The notes: generated by a model not told the origin, from the letters alone. A stretch of DNA of 64,000 nt from an uncultured Bacteroidales bacterium (GCA_963780735.1 CAWADB010000006.1:34106-98105); one strand, 5' to 3'; shown: positions 1-10,558, counted from the first letter of the stretch. Program-made: numbers and translations.

Positions 1-147
1 CCGGAGGTGGTCAGTGGTGTCGACCCCCTGCTTGATAAGGCTGCGCTGGACGTGGTCGCAAAATGTCCTCAATGGAGCCCTGGTATGCAGGGTGGCAAGG
101 TTGTGAAGACATATTTTACACTCCCGATAGCGTTCAAGCTGAACTGA
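1..147 (+). CDS. TonB-family protein, C-terminal domain (5' end lies outside the window)
   Basis: Frame 1 is open from nt 1 to TGA at 145-147. The translation PEVVSGVDPLLDKAALDVVAKCPQWSPGMQGGKVVKTYFTLPIAFKLN fits the TonB C-terminal pattern (P.W.PG.Q.GK.V...Y..PI.F.L). Confidence 0.6.
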   Translation, partial: PEVVSGVDPLLDKAALDVVAKCPQWSPGMQGGKVVKTYFTLPIAFKLN

Positions 148-170
148 CATAAACCTGTTATTCATTTTTG

Positions 171-178
171 TAAATTTG
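171..178 (+). promoter_or_regulatory. Candidate Bacteroidota sigma-A -7 element (TAnnTTTG)
   Basis: TAAATTTG matches the TAnnTTTG consensus. It lies 5 nt upstream of the GTG start at 184. Confidence 0.35.
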
Positions 179-183
179 CCCGT

Positions 184-1236
184 GTGAAAACGGGCTTTTT
201 TTCTATAGAAAAGAGGATTGATGCCCTCTCGGGTCTGGGCACCGCGATGCGAAACGGCGCTGATGGTGTGGCCGGTGGCTATGACGGAGGTTTCGGTGGT
301 CTTATTGATACCCTGCACCTCTCAAACCCATGGTTCACTCCTGACAACGTCAGGCGTGCCATCTTATCCATCGGTAACATCCTTACAGCAGAGAAGCTGT
401 ACAGGTGGCTGTCAGCGTACCCTGAACTGAACGACGGACATAAGCCTGCCACGGTGGGTGTCGTAATGGCTGGTAACATCCCCCTCGTGGGATTCCATGA
501 TCTTCTCTGCGTGCTGATCACCGGCAACCGGCTTCAGGCAAAACTGAGCACGAAGGATGAACTGCTGATGAAGGCAGCGGTTGATACACTGATTTCACTG
601 GAGCCCCGCTTTAAGGATTATGTACAGCTCGCTTCCGGTAAACTTTCCGGCTTTGACGCAGTTATAGCCACAGGCAGCAATAATACATCCAGGTATTTTG
701 AATACTATTTCAGGAACATACCGTCAGTTATCCGCGGTAACCGCAACAGTATCGCCATTCTTGACGGTACCGAGACCGCCGGTGAGCTTGCGCTTCTCGG
801 AGATGACATCTTCTCATATTTCGGGCTGGGATGCCGCAATGTTTCAAAGCTGTATATCCCGTCAGGGTATGACGTTACGAGGCTGCCGGACTTCTGGAAA
901 CGTTATGAGACGCTGCGGGGACACAATAAATATGCTGTCAATTATGACCATAACAAGGCGGTCATGATAGTCAACCGGGAGCCCTTTACCGACGCCGGCT
1001 TTGTTATGCTCAGGCACGACACGGCACTGACGCCCCCGATGGCGGTGGTCAACTATGAGTTTTATGACGGTCCTGAGATGCCGGAAAGAGAGGCTGAAAG
1101 ACTAAAAAACCGCTTGCAATGCGTGACAGGCCACGGGCACATTCCTTTTGGTAATTCGCAACAGCCCGAATTATGGGATTATGCAGATAAAATTGACATT
1201 ATTTCCTTCTTGCTAAAAATAAATCCTACCCGGTGA
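184..1236 (+). CDS. Acyl-CoA reductase, LuxC-like
   Basis: 350-aa ORF. Motifs VGVVMAGNIPLVGFHDLLCVLITGN, AVIATGSNNTSRYFEYYF and GLGCRNVSKLYIP are characteristic of the Bacteroidota LuxC-family acyl-CoA reductases. Confidence 0.8.
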   Translation: MKTGFFSIEKRIDALSGLGTAMRNGADGVAGGYDGGFGGLIDTLHLSNPWFTPDNVRRAILSIGNILTAEKLYRWLSAYPELNDGHKPATVGVVMAGNIPLVGFHDLLCVLITGNRLQAKLSTKDELLMKAAVDTLISLEPRFKDYVQLASGKLSGFDAVIATGSNNTSRYFEYYFRNIPSVIRGNRNSIAILDGTETAGELALLGDDIFSYFGLGCRNVSKLYIPSGYDVTRLPDFWKRYETLRGHNKYAVNYDHNKAVMIVNREPFTDAGFVMLRHDTALTPPMAVVNYEFYDGPEMPEREAERLKNRLQCVTGHGHIPFGNSQQPELWDYADKIDIISFLLKINPTR

Positions 1237-1284
1237 ACGTATATTAAAAAATATTAAATTGCACAGGTTGTAAAAGACAGTCGC

Positions 1285-1845
1285 ATGGTTTACAGGTTCG
1301 TGGTATTAACTGATGAAGATGAAACATTTGTGAGAGAGTTTGAGTTTCTCGACAGCCATACTCTGCTTGATTTTCACAATACCATCCAGGAAGAACTTGA
1401 GTTCGACAAGTCGCAGATAGCTTCTTTTTACATGGCTACTGATACATGGGAGAAGGAAGAGGAGTTCACCCTTTTTGACATGGGCGCCGGTTCGTCAACA
1501 ATGGAAAATGCGGTGCTTGAAGAGGTTATCTTCCGTAAGAATCAGAAACTTCTTTATGTCTTTGACTTTTTCAATGACCGGGCACTCTTTGTTGAATATG
1601 TAGGTGAATCGAAGGAGGATGACAACATGGAATATCCCATATGCAACAACTCCAAGGGGCTGCCTCCCAAACAGGTATCCTTCGGGGGCGTCGCGCGCAA
1701 GAAGTACAATAACCTGATCGTTACCGATGATGAAGACGACGAAATTGACGAGGAGGTTATTGACGATGAGATCTTCTTTGATTCTGCAGATGAGGAGGGA
1801 CTCTCGGAATTTGACAGCACCGAGACCGCCGAGGAGGAGGAATAG
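1285..1845 (+). CDS. Hypothetical protein, possible MM3350/pRiA4b ORF-3-like domain with a poly-acidic C-terminal tail
   Basis: 186-aa ORF. The N-terminal pattern VYRFVVL...TLLDFHNTIQEELEFD...ASFYM and LYVFDFFNDRALFVEY resembles the pRiA4b ORF-3 fold. The C-terminus is D/E-rich (DDEDDEIDEEVIDDE...EEEE). Confidence 0.5.
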   Translation: MVYRFVVLTDEDETFVREFEFLDSHTLLDFHNTIQEELEFDKSQIASFYMATDTWEKEEEFTLFDMGAGSSTMENAVLEEVIFRKNQKLLYVFDFFNDRALFVEYVGESKEDDNMEYPICNNSKGLPPKQVSFGGVARKKYNNLIVTDDEDDEIDEEVIDDEIFFDSADEEGLSEFDSTETAEEEE

Positions 1846-1866
1846 CCTCCCCCTATTCATAATCAC

Positions 1867-2772
1867 ATGAAAAATACATTGATTGTCCTTCCCGGCCCGA
1901 CAGGCGTGGGAAAGACCGCCGTTGCCATTGACCTTGCCATCCGTCTCGGATGTGAGATCATATCGTGTGACTCCAGGCAGTTCTACCGTGAGATGCGGAT
2001 AGGTACCGCTGCACCGGATGAAGCACAGCTGGCGCTGGTGAAGCACCACTTTATCGGCTTCCTTTCAGTAAGTGACTATTACAGCATCAGTCTTTTTGAA
2101 CATGATGTGCTGGCATTGCTTCCCTCTCTCTTCAGCAATAGTCCCTTTGCGATCATGACCGGCGGCTCAATGCTCTACATGGATGCCGTATGCAGGGGTA
2201 TGGATGACATACCTGACACTGATCCGGCGGTGCGGCAGAAGTATATTGAGATGTATCGCAGGGAAGGCATCGGGGGACTGCGCATTGCCCTGAAACTGCT
2301 TGACCCGGATCATTATGCCAGGGTCGATCTGCATAACCCCCGAAGGGTAATGCGTGCACTGGAAATCAGCGAGAGCACCGGCAAGCCTTACTCATCATTT
2401 CTTACATCACTTCGGAAAGAGCGCGAATTCAGGATTTTGAAAGCCGGACTGACGCTCGGGCGCCCGGAGCTTTATGCCAGGATTGACGAGCGGGTGGACA
2501 GGATGATTGATGCAGGGCTTGAGAATGAGGTTGCGTCACTGAAGATGTACAGGGGGCTGAATGCGCTTAATACTGTCGGTTACCGTGAAATGTTCATGTA
2601 CCTCGACGGTGAGATCACAAGGGAAGAGGCAATCGCACTCATTAAGAGGAACACCCGGCGCTATGCACGCAGACAACTTACCTGGTGGAACAGGGACAGG
2701 GAAATAAAATGGTTTGGTGCCGGCAACAGTGAAATGATCATGACCTGGGTCAACAGTCAGCCCGGCAGCTGA
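1867..2772 (+). CDS. miaA: tRNA dimethylallyltransferase
   Basis: P-loop LIVLPGPTGVGKTAVAIDLA, followed by IISCDSRQFYREMRIGTA. Length is 301 aa. Confidence 0.95.
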   Translation: MKNTLIVLPGPTGVGKTAVAIDLAIRLGCEIISCDSRQFYREMRIGTAAPDEAQLALVKHHFIGFLSVSDYYSISLFEHDVLALLPSLFSNSPFAIMTGGSMLYMDAVCRGMDDIPDTDPAVRQKYIEMYRREGIGGLRIALKLLDPDHYARVDLHNPRRVMRALEISESTGKPYSSFLTSLRKEREFRILKAGLTLGRPELYARIDERVDRMIDAGLENEVASLKMYRGLNALNTVGYREMFMYLDGEITREEAIALIKRNTRRYARRQLTWWNRDREIKWFGAGNSEMIMTWVNSQPGS

Positions 2773-2780
2773 AGGAATCA

Positions 2781-3434
2781 CTAAACAGGCTCCCTGAGCC
2801 TCCTTATCACCTCTGCCGGATCAGATGCGTTGAATACAGTGTTGCCGGCAACCAGTACATCGACACCAGCATGTACAAGCACCGGTGCATTCTGAAGATC
2901 CACGCCGCCGTCAACCTCAATCAGGACGTCATACCCGCCTTCATCAATCATGCTTCTCAGCTCGCCTATCTTGTTTATGCTGCCCGGAATAAATGTCTGT
3001 CCTCCGTATCCCGGGTTTACGGTCATAAGGAGCACCATATCAATATAAGGGAGTATATCTTTCAGCAGTATCACCGGCGAGTGCGGGTTCAGTGTTACGC
3101 CTGCCCTCATTCCCAGCCTCCGTATCTCAGAGACGGTGCGGTGCAGGTTATGACATGTTTCGTAGTGCACTGTCAGGTTTGAGGCCCCGGCATCCCTGAA
3201 GCGTTCAAGGTACCTGTCCGGGTCGATGATCATAAGATGAACATCGAGCGGTTTGGAAGTGAGGTCACGGACAGCCTCCACAACTGGAAAACCGAATGAT
3301 ATATTTGGCACGAATACTCCGTCCATAATATCAAGATGTATCCAGTCGGCCACACTGTCATTCAGCATCTCCACCTCGCCCGCGAGGTTTGCAAAATCAG
3401 CGGCGAGAAGTGACGGGGCTACAAGATGGCTCAT
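2781..3434 (-). CDS. rpe: Ribulose-phosphate 3-epimerase
   Basis: 217 aa. Motifs APSLLAADF, HLDIMDGVFVPNISFG, MTVNPGYGGQ and IEVDGG. Confidence 0.95.
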   Translation of the reverse strand: MSHLVAPSLLAADFANLAGEVEMLNDSVADWIHLDIMDGVFVPNISFGFPVVEAVRDLTSKPLDVHLMIIDPDRYLERFRDAGASNLTVHYETCHNLHRTVSEIRRLGMRAGVTLNPHSPVILLKDILPYIDMVLLMTVNPGYGGQTFIPGSINKIGELRSMIDEGGYDVLIEVDGGVDLQNAPVLVHAGVDVLVAGNTVFNASDPAEVIRRLREPV

Positions 3435-3454
3435 ATAGTAAATAAGTTAATTTT

Positions 3455-4318
3455 TTACCCCAGGTAAGACTTGAGTATACGGCACCGCGTTGTGAACTGT
3501 ATCCTTTTAATGGCTTTCTCCTTGATCTGCCTGACACGTTCGCGGGTGAGGCTAAGCTCTTCTCCTATCTCCTCGAGGGTAAACGGGTGCTTCATTCCAA
3601 TTCCGAAATAAAGTTTAAGCACCCTGGCCTCCCTTGGTGAAAGGGTACTGAGGGCCTTTTCTATCTCGTATGAAAGTGATTCATTGATAAGGTTGCGGTC
3701 AGGACTGGGTGTCTCCTCGTTGAGCATCACGTCGTACATGTTATTGTCCTCCTCCGAGCTAATCGGGGCATCCATGCTGAGTGTACGTCCGTTGGTTCTC
3801 ATTGCCTCCTTTACATCCTCAGGTGCTATCTCAAGCAGGTTGGCAATCTCCTGTGCGGAGGGCTCACGCTCATATTCCTGTTCAAGCTTTGAATAGGCCC
3901 TGTTGATCCGGTTGATTGATCCTATCTTGTTTACCGGCAACCTGACAATCCTTGCCTGTTCGGCCAGCGACTGCAGAATGGCCTGTCTGATCCACCATAC
4001 GGCATAGGAAATGAACTTGAAACCGCGGGTCTCGTCAAAACGCTGCGCAGCCTTGATAAGACCAAGGTTACCCTCATTGATAAGGTCAGGGAGGGTCATA
4101 CCCTGGTTCTGATACTGTTTGGCAACTGAAACAACAAACCGCAGGTTTGCCTTTACCAGTCTCGCCAGTGCGTCGTGGTCACCGGCACGTATTCTCCGTG
4201 CCAGGCTTACCTCCTCATCAGGGGAGATAAGCTCAACCTTACCTATTTCCTGCAGATACTTGTCGAGTGAAGGAGTATCACGGTTGGTGACTTGCTTTGT
4301 TATTTTTAACTGACGCAT
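3455..4318 (-). CDS. rpoD: RNA polymerase primary sigma factor (Bacteroidota sigma-A)
   Basis: 287 aa, with regions 2-4 present: [36 protein letters not shown] and [19 protein letters not shown]. Confidence 0.95.
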   Translation of the reverse strand: MRQLKITKQVTNRDTPSLDKYLQEIGKVELISPDEEVSLARRIRAGDHDALARLVKANLRFVVSVAKQYQNQGMTLPDLINEGNLGLIKAAQRFDETRGFKFISYAVWWIRQAILQSLAEQARIVRLPVNKIGSINRINRAYSKLEQEYEREPSAQEIANLLEIAPEDVKEAMRTNGRTLSMDAPISSEEDNNMYDVMLNEETPSPDRNLINESLSYEIEKALSTLSPREARVLKLYFGIGMKHPFTLEEIGEELSLTRERVRQIKEKAIKRIQFTTRCRILKSYLG

Positions 4319-4632
4319 CGACTAAAAATTACTTTGCACTCACATCACATTTTTGAAAAAAAGCTTACAATCATAAAGAAAATTTCTCATATAAACAATA
4401 GCTGTGCAGGTTTTTTAGTTTTTTGGATGAAAATATATCATTATGCCCCGGCCAAATAAGTTTTTTAGCTCTTGGCAGTCAAATTAAGCCGGGATTTTTG
4501 TGTATTAATGATTTTATGCTTAAAATTGTACCGGATTTCCGAACTAAATCGGTTACTCAATCAGCGGGGATAATAATCATTCCCCTCTTCACCAGAAATC
4601 AATCTTACTTATTTTCTACACATTCTTAAAAT

Positions 4633-6843
4633 ATGCATGATATTCTTGAACTGAGCGAAATGCTTGTTCCCGAATTGAGGGAAATAGCGAAACAGCTCAA
4701 AATTAAGAGGATAGAACTCCTCAAAAAGCAGGATCTTATCTATAAGATCCTTGACCAGCAGGCTATAGACGCAGCTGAAGCCCGCAAGACAGGCAAACCT
4801 GAAAGTCAACAACCTGACAGGCACCAGCCTTTTAAAGAACCTCAGGACAAAGAGGGTCGGCCCGAGAGGCAGAAACAACAGCAGCCAAGAGGTCCGAAAC
4901 CTCAGCAGAAGATGCCAAATCCTCAACATAAGGCGCAAAATCCTCAGCAGCAACAGCAAAGGAGGCCACAGGTGCCGATGCAACAGGGACAGCAACCCCA
5001 GGTGCAGCAGCCTCAGCAGCCACAGGCTCAGCCCCAGGTGCTGCCACAGGTTCAGCAGCAGAGTCAGCAACAAGTGCAGCAACAGAGTCAGCAGCAGGGT
5101 CAGCAGCAGGGTCAGCAGCAGGGTCAGCAGCAAGGTCAGCAGCAGAGACCTCCCAGGCAGCAATCATGGCAGCAAAACCGCAATAAGCGTCCCAGGACCT
5201 ACAGGGAAGGGGAAGGCCAGCCAAGACAGGACAATGACCGCCAGCAGCAGGGGCAGCCAAGACAGGATAACAACCGCCAGCAGCAGCAGGGCCAGCCAAG
5301 ACAGGATAACGACCGTCAGCAGCAGGGCCAGCCAAGACAGGATAACGACCGTCAGCAGCAGGGCCAGCCAAGACAGGATAATGACCGTCAGCAGCAGCAA
5401 TATAACCAGTCGCAGCCTAACCAGACCACACCGGTGCGTCAATATCCGGCTTCAGAAAACGTCACAGGCGGAGAAGGCAGGCCGGCAGAGAATGATGCGC
5501 TGCAGCCTGATAAATTGCTGTTTCCCACAGAGTCTGACAACGGCAATAACGGTGACCTCCTGAGATACAGTGAAACTGAGAATGAAAATCATATTATGGC
5601 TGAAACGGAATCAACAACAGACAATGGAGTAATTATTCCTCCTCCGGCACAGGAAGTAACAAATATCCAGCCCGAGGTGGCAGAACCGGTCAGGGAAGAA
5701 AAAAAGGAAAGAGTCTACGACTTCGAGGGGATTGTGGCCAATACGGGAGTGCTTGAGATCATGCCTGACGGTTACGGGTTCCTCCGTTCACCCGATTACA
5801 ATTACCTGAGTTCTCCTGATGACATATATGTTTCACAGTCGCAGATTAAGCTCTTCGGGCTAAAGACGGGCGATACTATTAGAGGTACCATCCGTCCTCC
5901 GCGTGAAGGAGAAAAGTATTTTCCTCTGATAAAGGTAGAGGAGATAAACGGCCGTACACCCGATTTTATCCGTGACCGTGTTCCGTTCGATTACCTCACT
6001 CCTCTTTTCCCGAACGAGAAATTCACCTTATGCAAACCGGGAGAGGGTAATCTCTCAGTCCGTATCGTTGATATGTTCTGTCCTATAGGGAAGGGCCAGC
6101 GCGGCCTGATAGTCGCACAGCCAAAAACAGGTAAGACGATCCTGCTCCAGGATATAGCCAACGCAATAGCGAAATACCATCCGGAAGTCTATCTGATGAT
6201 CCTTCTCATCGATGAACGTCCCGAAGAAGTAACTGAAATGGCACGCAATGTCAATGCCGAGGTGATCGCCTCTACATTTGACGAACCTGCCGAGAGGCAT
6301 GTGCGCATAGCCACTATCGTACAGGAGAAGGCCAAGAGGCTTGTCGAGTGCGGACATGATGTGGTAATACTGCTGGACTCGATCACCAGGCTGGCAAGAG
6401 CCTTTAACACAATCGCACCGGCATCGGGCAAAGTGCTTTCCGGCGGTGTTGACTCCAACGCCCTGCATAAGCCAAAGAGATTCTTCGGTGCAGCCCGAAA
6501 TATAGAAAACGGAGGTTCGCTTACAATTATCGCTACAGCTCTTACTGATACCGGTTCAAAGATGGATGATGTCATCTTCGAAGAATTCAAGGGTACCGGC
6601 AACATGGAATTGCAGCTTGACCGCAAACTCTCCAACAGAAGAATTTTCCCATCCATTGATATCCCCGCATCAAGCACCAGGCGTGAAGACCTTCTTCTCG
6701 ATAAAACATTCCTTAGCAAGGTATGGGTGCTGCGTAACTATCTCACTGACATGAACTCGGTCGAGGCAATGGAATTCCTCCGCGACAGGATAACACAGAC
6801 AAGGTCAAATGAGGAGTTTCTGGTTTCAATGAACAGTGAGTAA
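4633..6843 (+). CDS. rho: Transcription termination factor Rho with a ~300-aa Q/P/R/N-rich insertion
   Basis: The Rho_N helix bundle ([18 protein letters not shown]) and the CSD-like domain ([15 protein letters not shown]) are separated by a low-complexity insert. The ATPase core is intact ([37 protein letters not shown]). Confidence 0.95.
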   Translation: MHDILELSEMLVPELREIAKQLKIKRIELLKKQDLIYKILDQQAIDAAEARKTGKPESQQPDRHQPFKEPQDKEGRPERQKQQQPRGPKPQQKMPNPQHKAQNPQQQQQRRPQVPMQQGQQPQVQQPQQPQAQPQVLPQVQQQSQQQVQQQSQQQGQQQGQQQGQQQGQQQRPPRQQSWQQNRNKRPRTYREGEGQPRQDNDRQQQGQPRQDNNRQQQQGQPRQDNDRQQQGQPRQDNDRQQQGQPRQDNDRQQQQYNQSQPNQTTPVRQYPASENVTGGEGRPAENDALQPDKLLFPTESDNGNNGDLLRYSETENENHIMAETESTTDNGVIIPPPAQEVTNIQPEVAEPVREEKKERVYDFEGIVANTGVLEIMPDGYGFLRSPDYNYLSSPDDIYVSQSQIKLFGLKTGDTIRGTIRPPREGEKYFPLIKVEEINGRTPDFIRDRVPFDYLTPLFPNEKFTLCKPGEGNLSVRIVDMFCPIGKGQRGLIVAQPKTGKTILLQDIANAIAKYHPEVYLMILLIDERPEEVTEMARNVNAEVIASTFDEPAERHVRIATIVQEKAKRLVECGHDVVILLDSITRLARAFNTIAPASGKVLSGGVDSNALHKPKRFFGAARNIENGGSLTIIATALTDTGSKMDDVIFEEFKGTGNMELQLDRKLSNRRIFPSIDIPASSTRREDLLLDKTFLSKVWVLRNYLTDMNSVEAMEFLRDRITQTRSNEEFLVSMNSE
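5089..5145 (+). repeat. In-frame 12-nt tandem repeat (CAGCAGCAGGGT, about 4.7 copies) encoding (QQQG)n inside rho
   Basis: Read directly; it is in frame with the rho start at 4633. Confidence 0.9.
5215..5397 (+). repeat. In-frame 36/39-nt tandem repeat, 5 copies, encoding GQPRQDN(D/N)RQQQ(Q) inside rho
   Basis: The unit GGCCAGCCAAGACAGGATAACGACCGTCAGCAGCAG is repeated five times with a few substitutions. Confidence 0.9.
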
Positions 6844-6861
6844 AATCTCAGAAAAGTTTGG

Positions 6862-6869
6862 TAAATTTG
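6862..6869 (+). promoter_or_regulatory. Candidate -7 promoter element (TAAATTTG) upstream of nifJ
   Basis: Matches TAnnTTTG, about 50 nt upstream of the ATG at 6919. Confidence 0.4.
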
Positions 6870-6918
6870 CAGTTTATTTTTTTCGGATTAATTGACAATT
6901 AAAATTTCAGAATAAGAC

Positions 6919-9900
6919 ATGGCAACTAAAAAATTCATTACATGTGACGGTAACCAGGCAGCATCTCACATAGCTTATATGTTCAGCGAGGTAGCCTGTA
7001 TTTATCCCATTACTCCTTCATCCACCATGGCAGAGTATGTCGATGAGTGGGCAGCACACGGACTCAAGAACATGTTCGGTGAAGAAGTAAAGGTGGTTGA
7101 GATGCAGAGTGAGGCAGGTGCTGCCGGTGCAGTGCATGGCGCTCTGCAATCCGGTGCCCTGACAACAACTTACACGGCATCACAGGGGCTCCTTCTGATG
7201 ATCCCCAACATGTATAAGATAGCCGGCGAGCTGCTCCCTGGTGTGTTCCATGTCAGTGCCCGTACTCTTGCAGCACATGCTCTTTCAATCTTCGGAGACC
7301 ACAGCGACATTTATGCCACACGTCAGACCGGATTTGCATTGCTTGCAAGCGGAAGCGTGCAGGAAATCATGGACCTTGCAGGTGTAGCCCACCTCGCTGC
7401 AATCAGATCAAGAGTTCCTTTCCTTCATTTCTTTGACGGCTTCCGCTCCTCACATGAGGTCCAGAAGATAGAAGAGCTGAACATTGAAGACCTGAAGAAG
7501 CTTGTAGACTGGGATGCTGTAAAGGCGTTCCGCGACAGGGCTCTCAATCCAGAACATCCTGTAACCAGGGGAACAGCACAGAACCCTGATATTTTCTTCC
7601 AGGCAAAAGAGGCTTCAAATCCTTTCTATGATCACCTCGATGACACTGTCAACGAGTACATGGAAAAAATTTCCGTGCTCACAGGCCGCGATTACAAGCC
7701 GTTTACCTATTACGGGGCGCCCGATGCTGAGAACATCATCATAGCAATGGGTTCAGTGACTGAGACGATACAGGAAACCATCGACTATCTTGCCGCCACA
7801 AAGGGTGAGAAGCTGGGTCTGATATCAGTTCATCTCTACAGGCCCTTCTCGGCAAAATACCTGCTGAAGGTGCTTCCGAAAACCGTTAAGAAAATCACCG
7901 TTCTTGACCGCACAAAAGAACCGGGGGCTAACGGTGAGCCTCTCTACCTTGACGTTAAGGATGTATTCTATGACCTCGAAAAACGTCCTGTGATTATTGG
8001 CGGACGCTACGGTCTCAGTTCAAAAGATACTACCCCGGCTCAGATGATATCTGTCTTCGAGAACATGAAGAAGGAAAAGTCTATGAACCAGTTTACCGTC
8101 GGTATCGTTGATGACGTCACTTTCAGGTCACTGCCTCTCCTTCCCGAGGTTAACGTGAGCGATAAGGGAACCTATTCAGCCAAGTTTTATGGCCTCGGTT
8201 CCGACGGTACTGTCGGTGCAAACAAGAACTCGATCAAGATCATCGGCGAGACAACCGACAAATACTGCCAGGCATATTTCGCTTATGATTCAAAAAAATC
8301 AGGAGGTGTGACGACATCACACCTGCGTTTCGGTGACAAACCCATCCGCTCGCCTTACCTGGTCAACACGCCCGACTTTGTGGCATGCCACGTACCCGCT
8401 TACCTTGACAAATATGACATGCTCAGAGGACTGAAAAAGGGAGGTACTTTCCTCCTGAACTCCATCTGGGATGTGGAAGAGACAAAGGCAAAACTGCCTG
8501 ACCACATGAAAAAGTACATGGCAGAAAATAAGATCGAATTTTATATAATCAATGCCACGAACATCGCTGAAGAGCTTGGATTGGGCTCAAGGACCAACAC
8601 CATTATGCAGAGTGCATTCTTCAAGGTGGCTGAGGTAATTCCTTACAAACTTGCCATTGACGAGATGAAGCATGCTGTTATAAAAGCATATGGCAGGAAA
8701 GGTGAGAACGTGGTAAAAATGAATAATGACGCCATCGATCTTGGAGGAAACGTTACAAAAGTTGAAATCCCGACTGAATGGGCTTCCATAAAAGTGGTTG
8801 CTGATAAGGTTGACACACGGAGGCCTGAATTTATCCGCGAGGTTGCAGACGTTATTAACGGAATGCGTGGTGATGACCTTCCCGTAAGCGCATTCAAAGG
8901 CCGTGAAGACGGTACATTCCCTGCAGGCACAGCAGCTTATGAGAAGCGTGGCATAGCCGTTAACATTCCTGAGTGGCAGATGGACAAGTGTATCCAGTGC
9001 AACCAGTGTTCTTTCGTCTGTCCTCACGCTGCTATCCGTCCTTTCCTCCTTACTGATGAGGAACTGGCAGCAGCACCGGCAGGAACAACCGCCAAACAGG
9101 GTATTGGAAATACAAAGAGCCATAAGTTCAGGATTCAGGTCAGTGTTTACGACTGTACCGGTTGCGGTAACTGCGCCGACACATGCCCCTCAAAGGAAAA
9201 GTCTCTCATAATGAAGCCGTTTGAGACACAGGTGGGCCAGGCAGACATCTGGACCTACATGCATGAGAAGGTTGGCTATAAGGAAACTGTTGTAGACAAA
9301 TATACCAACGTCAAGAACTCGCAGTTCGCACAGCCCCTGTTCGAATTCTCGGGTGCTTGTGCAGGATGCGGTGAGACTCCTTATATCAAGGCTATCACGC
9401 AGCTCTTCGGTGACCGTATGATAATATCAAATGCCACCGGATGCTCTTCCATCTACGGCGGATCGGCTCCGTCAATGCCATATACAGTTAATAAAAACGG
9501 TAACGGTCCCGCATGGGCCAACTCGCTCTTCGAAGACAATGCCGAGTACGGATTCGGACTGGCACTGGGATCAACCAAACTCAGGGAACGCATCGAACGT
9601 CTCATGAAGGCCAACCTCAGCAGCGGCCTCGCCCCTGAGACTGTCGCAGCATTTAATGAATGGCTGGCTGAAAAGGACAATGCAAAGACCAGCAGGGCTG
9701 TCTCTGAAAAGGTGATTGCCGCATGTGAGAAAGATCAGGCACCGGTATGCAGGGAGATCCTTGATATCAAACAGTACCTGGTCAAGAAATCATACTGGGT
9801 CTTCGGCGGTGACGGATGGGCTTATGACATCGGTTACGGCGGACTTGATCATGTGCTTGCTTCGGGTGATAACATAAATGTTCTGGTGCTTGATACCGAG

Positions 9901-10494
9901 GTCTATTCCAACACCGGCGGTCAGGCATCAAAATCGACACCTGCAGGCGCCGTAGCCAAATTCGCAGCCTCGGGCAAGAAGATACGCAAGAAAGACCTTG
10001 GTCAGATGGCCATGACATACGGTTATGTCTATGTTGCACAGGTATCAATGGGTTCAAGCCAGAGTCAGTATTTCAAGACTATACGTGAAGCCGAGGAGTA
10101 CCCCGGACCATCACTCGTCATCGCTTACTCACCCTGTATTAACCACGGCCTCCGCAACGGTATGGGCAAGACACAGGCACAGGCTGAAGATGCAGTGACA
10201 TCAGGCTACTGGCACCTCTTCAGATATGACCCGCGTCTCGAGGAAGCAGGCAAGAACCCCTTCCAGCTAGATTCCAAGGAGCCGGACTGGAGCAAGTTCC
10301 AGGACTTCCTGAAGTCAGAAGTGCGTTATACCTCCCTGATAAAAGACTTCCCCGGCGAAGCCGATGTTCTCTTTAAAAAGGCTGAGGAAAACGCAAAATG
10401 GAGATACAATAACTATAAGCGGTTATCGGAAATGCAATTCGGCGCTGAAGTAAAAACAACTGAAGCAAAGACAGCTGAAGTAAAGGAAGAATAA
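6919..10494 (+). CDS. nifJ: Pyruvate:ferredoxin (flavodoxin) oxidoreductase
   Basis: Single-chain PFOR of 1191 aa. It has two ferredoxin-type 4Fe-4S motifs (CIQCNQCSFVCPH, CTGCGNCADTCP) and a TPP-binding region (GGDGWAYDIGYGGLDH). Confidence 0.95.
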   Translation: MATKKFITCDGNQAASHIAYMFSEVACIYPITPSSTMAEYVDEWAAHGLKNMFGEEVKVVEMQSEAGAAGAVHGALQSGALTTTYTASQGLLLMIPNMYKIAGELLPGVFHVSARTLAAHALSIFGDHSDIYATRQTGFALLASGSVQEIMDLAGVAHLAAIRSRVPFLHFFDGFRSSHEVQKIEELNIEDLKKLVDWDAVKAFRDRALNPEHPVTRGTAQNPDIFFQAKEASNPFYDHLDDTVNEYMEKISVLTGRDYKPFTYYGAPDAENIIIAMGSVTETIQETIDYLAATKGEKLGLISVHLYRPFSAKYLLKVLPKTVKKITVLDRTKEPGANGEPLYLDVKDVFYDLEKRPVIIGGRYGLSSKDTTPAQMISVFENMKKEKSMNQFTVGIVDDVTFRSLPLLPEVNVSDKGTYSAKFYGLGSDGTVGANKNSIKIIGETTDKYCQAYFAYDSKKSGGVTTSHLRFGDKPIRSPYLVNTPDFVACHVPAYLDKYDMLRGLKKGGTFLLNSIWDVEETKAKLPDHMKKYMAENKIEFYIINATNIAEELGLGSRTNTIMQSAFFKVAEVIPYKLAIDEMKHAVIKAYGRKGENVVKMNNDAIDLGGNVTKVEIPTEWASIKVVADKVDTRRPEFIREVADVINGMRGDDLPVSAFKGREDGTFPAGTAAYEKRGIAVNIPEWQMDKCIQCNQCSFVCPHAAIRPFLLTDEELAAAPAGTTAKQGIGNTKSHKFRIQVSVYDCTGCGNCADTCPSKEKSLIMKPFETQVGQADIWTYMHEKVGYKETVVDKYTNVKNSQFAQPLFEFSGACAGCGETPYIKAITQLFGDRMIISNATGCSSIYGGSAPSMPYTVNKNGNGPAWANSLFEDNAEYGFGLALGSTKLRERIERLMKANLSSGLAPETVAAFNEWLAEKDNAKTSRAVSEKVIAACEKDQAPVCREILDIKQYLVKKSYWVFGGDGWAYDIGYGGLDHVLASGDNINVLVLDTEVYSNTGGQASKSTPAGAVAKFAASGKKIRKKDLGQMAMTYGYVYVAQVSMGSSQSQYFKTIREAEEYPGPSLVIAYSPCINHGLRNGMGKTQAQAEDAVTSGYWHLFRYDPRLEEAGKNPFQLDSKEPDWSKFQDFLKSEVRYTSLIKDFPGEADVLFKKAEENAKWRYNNYKRLSEMQFGAEVKTTEAKTAEVKEE

Positions 10495-10512
10495 AACTTC
10501 GTAATATAAATC

Positions 10513-10544
10513 GGAGAGCCGGGCAACCGGCTCTCTTTTTTTTA
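10513..10544 (+). terminator. Rho-independent terminator after nifJ
   Basis: GGAGAGCCGG-GCAA-CCGGCTCTC hairpin followed by a 9-nt T-tract. Confidence 0.8.
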
Positions 10545-10558
10545 TCTGCCGAAATAGG

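Noticed and set aside
4609-5563. Four long ORFs in other frames or on the other strand across the rho repeat region (L-rich, A/P-rich and S/T-rich products)
   Set aside because: They are mirror-frame artefacts of the CAG/CAGCAGGG low-complexity repeats inside rho. The rho frame is continuous and carries all conserved Rho domains.
6919-10494. Several antisense or alternate-frame ORFs of 60-180 aa inside nifJ, with similar ones inside other long genes
   Set aside because: They are embedded in strongly supported conserved coding frames, and none has recognisable motifs.
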